Below, in pieces: positions 11,251 to 25,076 of a DNA stretch of 64,000 nt (the stretch's first letter is position 1; each line of letters starts with the position of its first letter). A model generated the notes under the pieces. It was not told where the DNA came from, made no database searches, and saw nothing but the letters and a program-made list of their open reading frames with translations. Position numbers and translations under genes: made by a program. The stretch is taken from positions 21,613,455 to 21,677,454 of the forward strand of contig OZ316897.1 in the NCBI GenBank assembly GCA_973895155.1, written 5' to 3'. This stretch comes from Marsupella aquatica. Lineage: Eukaryota; Plantae; Marchantiophyta.

Positions 11251-12993
11251 ATGGATTTGTCTGTTAACCTTCTCGTCCATTTTAGAAAACAAAGAAGGAC
11301 AGAAGAAATCTGTGTAGGCTTTGAGTGCCAAATGCCCTCGAAGGGTTTCAATTGTATGTGGCACATGCCAAAACAGGTAGGAGTAAATTCTCTGTTGTGG
11401 TTCACTTGCAGCCTTATGTCCATTAGCAAAAATCCATTCCAAATAACGGCAAGCCAGCAATCCAGGATACACATGTCAACCATGGCAAGCTATGGTGCAG
11501 ACAAGGTCCAGGCAACCTCCGGTGGGCGGTGGCAAACAAGTGAACAGTTGCAAACTATGGGGGACGATGCAAATACCATGGCAGTATCAACTAAATGAAC
11601 TTGGACCTCATGCATACAATAGTTGCCCTGGAAGGAGAAGTATGTTTGAGAAGTTGCTCTGTTGGCACTTCCCTAGCTACTGGAGCATTTCTATTCTGAT
11701 TTTTGTGATGAAGCTGCACAGAAAAGGAAAGGTGGTTTTCCGTTATAACAGGTTTGAGATCTGCTTAATCTCTCCGCATTTAGGCTCCAAACGCTGCAAT
11801 ACAGAGCATACCTCTCGGACTGACTCCGCGACCCCGTGTTCAATAGCACTCTAAATAATAAATCTGCTGGTTCCGTTCAATTTTCAGGTTTCTTCAATCA
11901 TCTTAGATCTTACATGTTTTAACTTTCCCCAACACTTACAGTATCGTTTTCTGATCCCGGAAGTATTATCTTCAGGAGACTTTAACACAGGCCCAACCCA
12001 CACTTAGGACTGAGGGACATATAAGTCACGGTCAAATACAAAACTTACTCAACATGAAAGGACAGTGTAGTTTTTGGCAGACTGAATTCTCAATTAAACT
12101 TATCAAAGATATTCGGGTAGATAATCTTTTGCTAAAGAGAAGAAGTGGCTCTTCAGCTTGGGACAGAACTTGAAAATTGCATCCAAGTTTTTTCGTGAGG
12201 TTCAAATTGGACAAGCTCAAGTTTCGTCCAATTACCAGTCCCTACGTGCATAGCACAGGGTTAATTCTTACAGGGTAAGATTGTACGTAACAAGAAGTAT
12301 GGTCAGGAACTTACTCTTCAAATTTCTAGCGCCACAAAGTATATGTGATTTCGGATATCCGAAATATATGTGATTTCGTATTCTACTCTTGCTCATAAAT
12401 TCCTGGTAGCGTTGTTGGGATGTTAGAGTGCAAACCTTCCAGATAGTCAAATGTAAATACAGATACGAAGAAAATTGAATTTTTTTTTTTCGATTTTTGA
12501 TTTTATTCTTAGAATGTCAGAGCAAGAATGGATAGTTAAGATTAGATTTTGTTCATCATTTCGGTATCATTGTCGGAAGCCGAAGCAGTCATAAAGACTG
12601 TAGATTGCACACAAGAGAATAGTTAAAAGCTTTTACATTATAAAATTAGATTACATAAGTTTTCCAACTAGTCGAGTAGCTCAAGATAATAATGTACGAA
12701 TGCTGCGTGAACGCAGTCGAGTTTCCATTTGGAAACTTCTAGAGTTACCAAGAATTTCAGTCTTAAAGTCTTATCTGTACACTTGTCAATTACAATTCGT
12801 AACTGATGTAACGATTACCCCTCTTGTAGATTCTAAGACTCTACAATAAATTACAATACTCATCTTAAGAAAATCTTATCTTCCTGAATCGAACCAAATC
12901 AAATAGGAGGTCAATTCAGGGACAGTAGATTGCGCATGTACGTTACAACAATATGCACTAGCATATAGCTTGGCTTCCCACGTCTCCACAGAT

Positions 12994-13710
12994 TTAAAAC
13001 CAGCCGAACCCGGGAGTGTGAGTGTACTGCTCAATGAGCACCAAAGACAGGAATGCAAGCATGGCAAGACGCCCATTCCACCTCTCGGCCTTAGCTGTGA
13101 ACGGCCCAAAGCTCCTTGCGTCCGTGGACTCGCCGTTGAAGAATGGAATCAGCGACACGAAGGTGATGATCTGGACAATGGCGATATAGTACACGAGCCC
13201 GGTCCCCTCCTTGTAGAGCTGGTCGAACACCGTCAACCCGCTCATCCTCTCAGCGATGAAGGACCACACCATGCCAACCATTGCCAGACGTCCGTTCACA
13301 GTCTCTGGCAGAGCACCATCGAATGCGAAGATGCTAGCCAAATCTCGGTCGCCCGTCTCGGGCCTTCTTTCGATTTCGGGGCGGGGGTAGAGGGTGCTGC
13401 TCGTGTCAGGCTTGACTCCGAACACAGACTTCTTCTCGGACTCGTTCGTCTCCTGATTACGAAGGATCTCGTCCTTCGTGATCTCCTTCTTCGTCGCCTT
13501 GTCAACACCCTTCCTCACTTCCGCCACCTTCTCCCCAACATCAGCAGCTCGAACCTGCAGACCTCGGCGGTCACGAACACTCAAACTTGGGACCGCGTAG
13601 CCATACCCCAAACCCTTGCTCGAGACTCGAGCTCCTGGACCCGGTAGCCTCGCCAGACCTCCCAGCATTACTGAGCTCGACGACATTGCTACAACCACAG
13701 ATGATGCCAT
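12994..13710 (-). CDS. ELIP: Early light-induced protein (ELIP, LHC superfamily), chloroplast-targeted
   Basis: 238 aa, intronless; Ser/Ala-rich transit peptide; two LHC motifs, PETVNGRLAMVG and AERWNGRLAMLAF. Confidence 0.92.
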   Translation of the reverse strand: MASSVVVAMSSSSVMLGGLARLPGPGARVSSKGLGYGYAVPSLSVRDRRGLQVRAADVGEKVAEVRKGVDKATKKEITKDEILRNQETNESEKKSVFGVKPDTSSTLYPRPEIERRPETGDRDLASIFAFDGALPETVNGRLAMVGMVWSFIAERMSGLTVFDQLYKEGTGLVYYIAIVQIITFVSLIPFFNGESTDARSFGPFTAKAERWNGRLAMLAFLSLVLIEQYTHTPGFGWF

Positions 13711-16700
13711 TTTCTTTCTCTACACAGACAGACAGCGAAACTTACAGAAATTCGTTCTAGAGCCCAACGAGATTGAGAACGAATTGAGAGTTGATCAGGG
13801 GAGAGGAAGATCGCGCAAATAATTGGAATTCTAGATACGTAGAGAGAAAGGGTTCGAGAGTGGATTCGTATCGAGCTCAGGGCGAGGACGTGAATTTATG
13901 GAGACGGAGCAGACCGAACGAGAGGTGGGAAGAACGCCATTTTGCATGGCAGCAAATCTAGACGGTGAAAGTGCGTCTCCCCGAAACGTGTCTTGGGCCT
14001 AAGGTCCGGCAAATTGCCGAATTCCACGACAGGACGTGCAATTACATGCGGCAGGTAAAAATCCTTTGACGTTCTTTCGGGAAAAAGCAGGAAAATGAAA
14101 ATACGTTTGACTGGTTCTGACGGAATGGCTTGACCGTTCATCGCAGAGATGGGCGGTTCAGATGGAGCGTGGGCAGTTGCCCTCTAGTTTCTGGTCAAGC
14201 CTTTTCTTGTCCATCGGGACCATGATAGGCCAGATGAACGGCCCAGATGTTGATTTTGGAAATGATTTGTGATAGGTGAAAATACTTTTACGTGATAGGT
14301 GAAAATACTTCGGAGGTGGGGGAGAGCATGTTACTTTGCAGGTGTCGAAGTTCTTTCCGGTTCACGTGGAAGCAAGGTTATATGACACTTACCCCAATAA
14401 GGCACCAAAGATCTCTTGAAATCAAAATTCAAGCCTCACGTGGTGACAAGTAGACTATTGTACATGGTATTCAAACGTTGAATTTTGGTGGGACCATCCT
14501 TCTTTGGATGCAGAACCCATTGGTTGAGGATATGTTGTTATGGTTCCATGCTTGAGATTGTTGCCTCCCCCCTTCCCATGTGGGGTGCCCCTCACTTGGA
14601 ATGGTTGTATTCTTGCAATAAATATCTTGGGCTCGAGTTCTGGGAAAAGGGCTCTAAGGTCTTCATTCTATATATGACAATGGAAAAAAAAAGGTGTCCA
14701 CAGGGAAGACAAGATCCCAAAGACATGAGACCCAATACAGGGGAGAAAACATGGGAAAAACCCCACAAAGGCCAAAGAGCCAAAGGCCCAATAGTCCAGC
14801 AAGACACAGCTGACAACTAAAATCTAAATCTAAAATGTATCATTGCAATGAATACCTGGATGAATACAAGTCAGTTATTCAAGGGGGGAACCTATGACAT
14901 TGTGGATTGATGGCACTGTGGAGTGAGCAGTCCCATGACTTAGTTGTAACATATTTGTACATCCTTGCCCTAATTTTGGTGTCAAACTCCATAAGTTCAT
15001 TTTTGACTCTACTTAGAAAGACATGCACTTATCAGTAAATGCAAATTGATGGGCACTTACTGATTAGGGCATGCAATTTCTTTAGACCAACATGCATGAA
15101 ATTGGTCTAATAAACTATTTTGCACTGATAAAGTTGTTTAGAAAAATGATTAATTCCAGCAGTTAGAAAGGTTGAAAACAACACAAAATTAGTGTAAAAT
15201 AAAAGGGAATAACATGATGCCTTGTCGTGCCCCAAAAAAACATTTTTAGTCAGTCGCAGGCCCTTTGGGCACTCTCACCCCCGGTCTCGCCTTCTTTCTA
15301 GTAAGCCATTTTTAGAACTTGACTTATCCAGATTTTGCAATGATGGAGTTTCACTTAGAGAGAGCCAAATGTACTATAAGGAATGTTCTTCACAATCCAC
15401 CACGTACGAGCAATAGTTCATACCCGCACCATCAGTAGTTCACACCCTCTATCACAAAAGAACATTAGATTGCAGATCACCTTAAACAATGTGCTGATTC
15501 AATCTATGCTTACGATCTGGACAATGAATATATAGAGGTGCTGTAGAAAAATCCATGATACAGTGATATCCCTCACCCTGTCCGAGAATAATACTACGGT
15601 AGAATGTTTCAGAGCGTTGTTAGCTAGAATACCACTCAAAATGAAGGCATTATCTCAAGTTTTCAATTGAGCCCAGACTAATTAGGGACCCCCATGGGAA
15701 GTTCCTTCCAAATTCTTGGATGCACGTGCAACCACATGGCATGATTTGCCACAAAGTAACAAAAACTGTTAGTTATGCAAGAAGAACTAAATCTGACTAT
15801 TCATGTTTGAGGCAAGGCAAACAAAAAACTGTTAGACCTGTAACTGTAAAAACAATGGAAAACTGAAAAGTGACATTTCAAGTAAACAAAGAAAAGGGTA
15901 AAATAGGGGTAAATTTCTTTGTTTAATGACTTGTGATTGATATATCAGTGTTTTCTGCTAATAAATCTGTCTCAGTTTTCTATTTAATTGCACATTTTTA
16001 GACATGCTTTTAAGAAATGACAAGTAGAAAGAAACTCTTCAACTACTCTAAAATTTATCAAGGTACATAAGAAACAGAAGAAACTTTTCAATTTCTCTAA
16101 CATTTACCAAGGTAACTTAAGAAACACTTTGGCTACTATGGATAGAGGAGTTACAAGCAAAGGTAAGAAACACCATAACTACTATGGGTAGAGAAATACC
16201 AAGGGACTATAAGACCTTTCAAGGACTATCATGGACAAAGTCTATAATATTTTGCATGAACTATATATATGGAATGCTACATGTATTGTATAGACATAGA
16301 GGTACTAAGTGAAACATTTTGCACGAAGAATTACCTTATGCATTACCATGAATGTACTCAGAATTGTCTTTAATGAAATTGTTCTAACAACCTTTAAAAT
16401 TCACTTTATATAGTATCCTCCATCTTTGTCTTTTCATCTATCTAAATATTCCAATGTGCAACTCTTTATGGCTCCTCGGGATTTTGATATATGGAGGCCT
16501 CCCCATCACATGCAATGTTTTTAGCCCAGTTTTTAGGCATTGAACCCCTAAAATATAAGATTAAAAAAAATATTTTAACCCCTATATAGTTGAAATATTC
16601 CCAAAATTGGATTAAAATGACCTTAATGTTCTTATAAGTCTCAAAAGTGGATGTAAAGGGCTCTATTTTTCTTCTAAAAAAATTCTAAAGTATTCCTTTA

Positions 16701-17474
16701 GAACCAATAAAACAACCTATCTTTTGTCGCACGTGACGTGCAATTTTTGCCGAAGTGAAACTCGGGGAGCATGGCTCCATATAGTTCAATAAAACAAACT
16801 TACATAACCAAGGGGTACTTGAACTAATTTTTCACATAACAGAATTTTAGTAGTGGCTGTGAAGAAAAAGACCCTCGTTGTGGACTATTTATGGTAAATA
16901 ATTGATTTATAGATTGAAGTGAAATAGACATAATAATTGAATTAAATGATTAATGTGTTATTTGTTTATAAATTTAATAAACGGTCATGTGTTTTGAATA
17001 AGCTTTTCCATCTAGCCAATCACAAAAAGAATAAAGGTCATTTGATTGACCAAAAGTGAATTTTTGGAATGGACAATCCTCGCTGCTCTCGGGAATGCAC
17101 CATTAGTAACAAGAAGTTAATAATAGTAGCACTTTAATCTCAAGATTTAACCTTATCTAAGTTCTTCCTTTTAAATTAATCCATGGACCTCGGTCCTTGT
17201 TTCTTTGCATAATTAGGGTGTTTTAAGTCATAAGCTTAGTTGGAGTTTAATTCAATGAAGCCACACTCAATGTCAACTCCAAAACTATAATAACGTAACA
17301 TACAATGATCAATGGTTGATGATTCATTGTACAACCACTAGATATCACTTTCAATTAACAATACTGATAATACAATAAAAATGGAATGAAAATCATTGCT
17401 GATTGTACAATGAGTCCTTGCTTAAGCATTGTCAAATTTTTTTGGTGTATGAAAAGTGATGCCCATCTGCATGA

Positions 17475-17852
<378 letters not shown>

Positions 17853-20800
17853 TGAATATTTGTCAATCCCAGCCAGATGCAAATTACAGGCTGCTTTCCT
17901 TACGCAGATGCAGAGATCTCTTCACCAATAAGGTCAGGAAATCACCTAGCTAACAATAATATCCACTCACCAACACAAAACTTCAGTGCCAACAAGGAGC
18001 CAAAAAGGATGGGTAATAAGCCCAAACTAAAAGAACTTTTGCTCCAAAAGCGCAAAAAGCTCAAAAATGCCCAAAAATGAACCTAAAAAATATCCCTTTC
18101 TCTGCAAAATCTTCATGGATGGAACAAATGCCCAAAATATGTTATCATTTTGAGCCATTCAAAACATAAAATGGACCATAATAAATTATTAATCTTCGTA
18201 TGATCTATTTTCAATCTTAACAATTTGCACTTGCACATGTTCAAGAGATCATTTGTCTAGTTTATCCTTAAATATCATCTTAAAGTTGATTGGAATCAAA
18301 AATATCTAAAACACTTTCAAATATATACTAAAAATTTCGAATGAGTCTTGTAATGAATTGTTTGTCTTTAATCTATCTCACACAAACCAATTACACTATT
18401 ATTATTTTCAAAGTGTAACCCTCCCTTAGAAATTATTCATGAATTCAAGAGTTAGTCATTTTAATATTTTTGAATCTCAACAAATTTAAGTAGCAATAGT
18501 TACTCCAACTCTCTCATTCCCAAATCTCTAATGTTCACATAAGTTTTAGTGGATTGGAATACTTATTTGCATTCACTTAGAAAAAAACTTCATTCTTAAT
18601 TTTTAATTAGAACCTTGCATAGTAAAATACCAAAGTTTTCCTAGCATTTATAATACTCTTTGTCTTTATTGGAGTTGATGTTTTCTTGTACTTTATTCCA
18701 AAGTAATCATTCATTACTCTCTTTGTCTTTACTTGAGTTTGTGTTCTTTGTCAAATTCTTCATTCATAACTCTTTTTGTCTTATATAATTGAATCATTTT
18801 TTGTTCCTTTTTTTGTCATTTTCTTTGTCTTGAGTAACCTTTCTTTTAATTATTTTCTTTATGTTTGTATGCAATTTTTCTCTCTTTTTAAGATTCCCAT
18901 ACTTGATGCCAGATTCACTTCATGAATTCATGAAAAAGAATCTTGGATCAAGATTAAAGAATCTTGAAAACAGGGTTCATGAATTCATGAAGCTTTTGGA
19001 TGCACAAGCTTCATGAATACACTAAGCTTAGGTTTTTAAAAGGTGAAGGGAAAAGTTGGTTAACAACAATCCATGATGGAAGATGAGTGAGCTATGATAG
19101 GCACATTGCAATGGGCGAGTTGCGACCAGCTGCAATGGACAAAATGACAACATATAACCCGTAAAGGGTACAAGATAGGCAATTAGCGATTAAACATAGG
19201 TTGCCAAGGGCAATTGAGTGTTGATGTGTGATGGGTAAAGGCTTCTGATCTCTGATGTTGTTAGTGACTTTGTTCATAAAGAGTATATTTTCTTGTAACA
19301 TTTAATTTGTTGGTGATCTTTGAGCCCAAACTCCAATGTTGAGACTTATATTGAGGAGTTAAATTTGGAAATATTAATTATGAAAAAACTTGTGTCTAAA
19401 GCATTGTGTTAATTATGGGGTGAAAATCCAAGGTCAGGAAATATTAAATATATGATGATTTTTTGTGTTGTTTTTTATGACATTTTGGAAAATCAGAAAA
19501 TTTTGAAAAATAGAATTAAGGCCTTGGACCCATCCTTTAAGGCTTCTTGTTTGCCTTGAACATGATCAATAAGCTGGAATAAACATTCCTAGAGAAATTT
19601 AACTGAAGAAGAAATCCTTGAGCAAGTTTGTCTTATCATTCAATAGATATTAATGCTTGGCATAGCAATGTAAGAGAGCGATAACTTGCCAGTTATATGT
19701 ACCCAGCTCTATGCAGCCACTTAAGGGTATCACATACTTTGGCATTAATGTCAATTCAACGTGCCTTCGATCCTGAAGAAATCTACTTTACTTTGGTCCC
19801 ATTTGTTTTCTACTATGAGTTTATTGCAATTTTGGTCGACAACAAAAAGAAGGCACTCGTATTTGGTAAGAGGTTTCCCAGTTTTTTTTGGCTGGTTCAT
19901 TGTTGATCTTTGCTTTGAAAGTGTAGAGATATTAATACCTCATTTTGCTTTCCACTCTAATATTTGGTAATGTCTCAAAGCCTTGACTTCTTGATTGAGC
20001 CATTCGCGATGACATTAGACTAGACTGTCAACTAAAGTCCGGCCGCGCCGGGGTTTCCTGCGGATCATTTCTCTAGAGATGTAGGTTAAAGAATCAAGAA
20101 TTCAAATTCAGAGTCACAGAATTTATGATGTATTATTTGTCTTCAATTGGATAGAACGCCAAATAGGGCACCAATCAGGAGCACTCAATTCATAGACCGT
20201 TCCTATCTTCAATTTTGTTTTCCAGATCTCGCTGGCCATGGCCTGTGTCGATGCAGGGATGATTGTTGACAGAACTAAGACCGATTAATTACGCAGCTTG
20301 TGTGGTGCTCACAGATGCTTTGGCACAGGATCATGGGGCCTCTCAAGTTGACATTTCCGATGCAGTAGTTACGGACTATGCAGTGGCAGATCCACTGGTG
20401 CAGAGCACAACATCAGCCTCAATACTTCCATCCGGTTTGAGGGGTGACTCTCATGCATCTTATCAACTAAGCTAACATAGACCTACCAAACATAAAAAAC
20501 CTGCTTGGTAACAGTTTCAAGTGCAAAGACATTTCTATTGTTTATTATTTACTTTAATATTTTGAGAATGATTATATATTTTATGTTTTTTGGTATGTTT
20601 TCAATAACTACAAAAGACAAATGAAACGGTTACTGGGAGCAGTTTTACCTCAATCAATGCGTCGGGCATTGGGATTTGCATCTGAGTTTTTTTTACTTTC
20701 TTTTTCTTGCCATGGTGTCCTGATTTTTACTAAAACATTGCTCCAAACAAGAACACTGTAGTTAGTTTCGGGGGTTTGTATGGTGCGAGGAAACAAGAGA

Positions 20801-21099
20801 TATTGACAACGAGGTTAATGGTTGCTAGCGAGGTAAAACTAATGGTCAGAGTGGCAAATTGGGAGTATAGTGAGACTTCTACAACAGAAATGAACCTTTT
20901 TCCAGAATGGGATCATGCAATTTTATGTCCAGCGAGGTCGCTAGCCTTCAATCATTGACAAACCATATGAATAAACACAAGCTAGTAAAACACCAGGCGG
21001 ATATGAAAAGGCATAGTCAATGAATCAACTCAGATTTCAAACCCGTTTCAAAGTCATATTTCCAAAAAGTGTATTGCCTCCAATACTTTGTCAAAACTG

Positions 21100-24000
21100 A
21101 CAGTAAGTGAGTAAACTGTCCAGGGACATCGTTCTATTCCCTCAGAAAATCATAAGTCACTTGAATGACTTTCATCCGACTCTATATCATTCCTACTACT
21201 AGTATTGCTCTGGTCACTACTGAAATCCCGATCAGTTGACTCAGCAGACTCATCAACATATTGCTTAACAAGGCATGCCTCATCGTCAACAAAAGGCAAG
21301 CAATATAAATTTTTTCTGGCGCCATGATGTGACCTACGACCTTTGCCTTCCCAGGAGATTACAAAAGCATCATCCGACTGAATTGCCGAGTTCTCTGCAT
21401 AGCAAGGCAGAGTAAACGTCTTCTGAGGAGAAACAATGCAAGATTCTTCAATCTTCCTTTGAAGCCAAAATCTCTCTTCAAAAAACCAGTCGACACGAGA
21501 ATCTCTGAAATCATGAAAACAATAAGAGCACTATCAATGAAATATCCAATCGAAAGACAATAGCAAGCTTCACCAGCCAATTGATTAAAGCAAAGGGATC
21601 TGGTATAAGCGAGAGGACCAGTACATTACTCCAGGTCAAATTCATATCATCCCCATCTTTTGCATCAGGAACATTAGGAGCCCCATCTTTGTTTTTTCCA
21701 CTCTTTGATCCTGCAAGAGAAAATTCATCCTCTGAATCGAAGTCCTCCAATGTTTCAGTGAGGTCTTCAATTTTCTTGTGTCTCTCAAGAACACTCTTCA
21801 ATGCCTTCTCTGCAGCACCATGGAGAACATCCCTATCCTCGACCCCAACAATGAACCTCCCGGAGAGTTCTCCAGCTGAAAATGAACTGCTGTCTCCAAT
21901 ATTCCAATCAAGCACAATGTCTCTAGGCTTTGTGAGAAGCTCCATCACAGCCTGCATGAATCCAACAGACAACCGAGAGGAACCAGAAAAAGCTAACTTT
22001 GCCTTGGTATCCCTTTTTGGATAACAAAGACTCAACATCGTCTTATGTGATGCATCTTCAGACGTTGCCAAAGGGACATACTTCGGGTCTTTTGGGATCT
22101 TCCCATTGACTTCCACTCGACAAAAGACATCCAGGCTTAAGTTGCAAACTTGGAAAAGTACAAAAAAACGTCAATTAATGAATCCAGGAAGGCCAGCGAG
22201 ATCGCTGTCACAAAAAACATACTAAACCATGCATATTTTACACAAATCTCACCTCAATGTTCATGTCTGGCATCCACATTGGGGACCCCAATAAAACATG
22301 GTACTTCCGAAGGTGTTTAAATTTGTTCCTCTGTTCAACAGCTCAGCAAAAATTTGCTTTGTGTGGTTAAATTCTCCACTATGGAGAACGGCCACATACC
22401 CATCATCGGCCAACATGGGCCTCATCACTCCACACAAATAGTAAGGGAGCTTCTCAACCCAGACATTCCATGGGGGAACGTCCACAATCATCGGTAACAC
22501 GAGGCCTCAGCCCAGTCGGAAGAGCTATGAACCCCAGATGGGCACCGGTCCCAGTGTAAGGCTTCCCGTTGATTTTTAAGGGATTCGGGTGTTCGGAAGA
22601 ACTTGAAATCTCCGAAAGCCATTGATCCCCCTCCCCCATCCAAGAAGGTCGAACCTTCTTCATACTTATCGAGTCAGCCGTCAAGCGCAAATTACTCTTT
22701 GCAAGGAAATGTCGCCTTCCATCCAACTGGAGTCCATAGAGTCCCGTGACACCCTCTCGGATTGAAATTTCTTCCTCATCAGAATCTGACAACACTTGAA
22801 CCTTTCGCTTCTTCTTCAACTTGTGGGACCCTGACTTATCACCTCCCGGCTTAGTCACAATTTCAAAATCGGGAGACTCAGGCTCAACAAGATCCTCCTG
22901 GCAACCATTAGTCACAGTCTGAACACTCTCGGAACCCAAAGACTTCCTCCTTTCTAGATACAAAAAAGCAACCTAAGAGCCTCAGGATATGTCATAAACT
23001 TAATCAGGATAGCAGCTTGGGAGAGGTAATAGAAGTAAGCTTCGGAGAGATAAGAATATACTTACTTTTCTTTCTAGAAATCATAGAGCCATCTTTTGAT
23101 ACCTCCTTGGCAACATCCCTCTTCAATTTCCGAGGGCAGCTCCTATCAACAGTTGGTGCCACCCCGAGGCATGCCTGCTCCATCGACACACGACCAGCAA
23201 TTTCTACTTCCGGGTTGCACAATTTAGATTCACTAGTAAAGAATTCTGGGACCAAGCCCTGATTGATCTTTTGAAGCGCAGCTTTCTCTGTCACATCAAA
23301 TGTCAGTGACCAATTCTCCGAATCTAAATACCAGGGACAATGCAGCACCTCCCATTCACTTATCTTCCGCAAGGGTTCAATGTCCTCAATAGGGTACATC
23401 AAGTACTCCCTAAACTTCTCACAACCGGAATCATCTCTTGCATATTGCGCCCATTGAGAGAAACATGTCGGATAACACCACCAAAAAGATCTATTTGCTA
23501 CCTCCCGATCAACAAAAAACCTGTAAACATATCTTTTTGCCCTCCGTAAAAAAGCAGCAATGTCAATCTTCTCCCCAACTTTCGGGTTCCACATGCTCTT
23601 AAAGAACCTTACCTTAACCCACTGCAGGAAATCCTCAAACTCATCATCAATTTCAACAAGGAGGGATGCCTGACTATTCTCTGGGGAAGAAAGAATTCTA
23701 GATTCAGGGATAGTGAGAATAATCTCATAGATTGCTTCACTTAATAAGCACCTCGCAATGGACTCTACCTGTTCCCAGGTTGCCCATCGATGCAACCAGA
23801 GCTTGGTCTCACTATCCAAAAATTGAGATGGGTGGAAATATTGTTTACGCAACTCTGATCTGCACTGTGCTTTGAGAAGAGCGCAACGGAGTTGTGGACT
23901 CAGAGAAGTTACCCCGGTGAAAAGCCTTGCACGATCAAGGCCACACGAAACATTCCCTCTCCCCTTATCATCCGTCCGCTGAGCTTCCTTCCTTTCTTTC

Positions 24001-25076
24001 GCACAATAATTGTGCATCTCAACACATTTCTTGAAGAAATCCCCAAAGTTTGGATTTAGAAGCGGGGCAAACTTTGGAACGTTGACATTCCAGTCAGAGA
24101 GTTGCTCCTTCATCATATCTCGAATTGCAATGTCCTTTGCAACTTTCGACAGAGGTTCACCAAGTTCCTCCTTTAGTGCAAACTTCTTGAGTAAGTCAGC
24201 AGTTTGCGAAGCTATGTTTGCCGCTGAAAGAATATAAATACATGCCTCTAAGGTCATCTGCTTTGAATACCACGACGGCTTCTTCACATTTTGCATCTTC
24301 TGCTAATTAAAATAACTTGAAATTCTCTGGATCAATTGAATCTTTGTAAAGTGAGAGGTCTGTGTGCAAAATCTTCTGGACCCGATCAGCTTCCAGCACC
24401 CACGAATTTTTGACGTGGCATTGTGTCAACCTGACAATGAGGACAAAATTCAGAAAACAACAAGAACAAATCATGCACAAAAAATGGAGGAAAAAGATCA
24501 AATGTGTCAAAGATCTTCTCACCGGTTGAGAGCATGCATTGCATATTCAATATGCACGAAAGTATCCTTCTCTCCTTTGAATATCTTTGAGACAACTCGA
24601 GGATGATATTTGACATTGTGAGGATTCTCAGCAGCAAGCAGGTTCCACGAATGGAGATGGTGATTGCCATCAAAAACACAAAACATTTTATCCTTGGGCA
24701 CAGCAAAATCAGGATGCGAATCACACTCCCTCTCAAAAACTTCACTCTACGCCAACCACATTGGATCCCAGCCCTGTCTGATTGTGTCGTTGAGAAACTG
24801 CACGTTGCCATTCTCATTTGTCATTTGCACATAAAAATGAGGCGCGTCCTCAATGTACCCTTGAGCCCGGAACTCATTCTTCAAAGTCTCAATTGCATTT
24901 GAATCTGTCTGAAGAGACCTCACAAGCTGTATGTTCCGCATTCGACACAATGGAATTTGAGGGGGAACCAGAGGATACCCAAATTCGTCCGGCCCAAACT
25001 AGTAAAGATGGCGGTTAATGACAACTGAGAAAGGCTCGGACTTGGCAGAATCCATCGAAGGTGGCACAATATCCAT
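21100..25076 (-). pseudogene. Multi-exon gene: ParB/Sulfiredoxin-like N-terminal domain, helical middle region, N6/N4 DNA-methyltransferase-like C-terminal domain; disrupted
   Basis: N-term QLVRSL...FCVFDGNHHL; C-term HLGFIALPTG...MLADDGYVAV...MELLTKPRDIVLDWNIGDSSSFSAGELSGRFIVGVED; in-frame stops (~24998, ~24747) and frameshifts; introns ~24431-24522 and ~22135-22252. Confidence 0.6.

Noticed and set aside
12970-13647. 225-aa plus-strand ORF
   Set aside because: Antisense shadow of the GC-rich ELIP CDS; no recognisable motifs.
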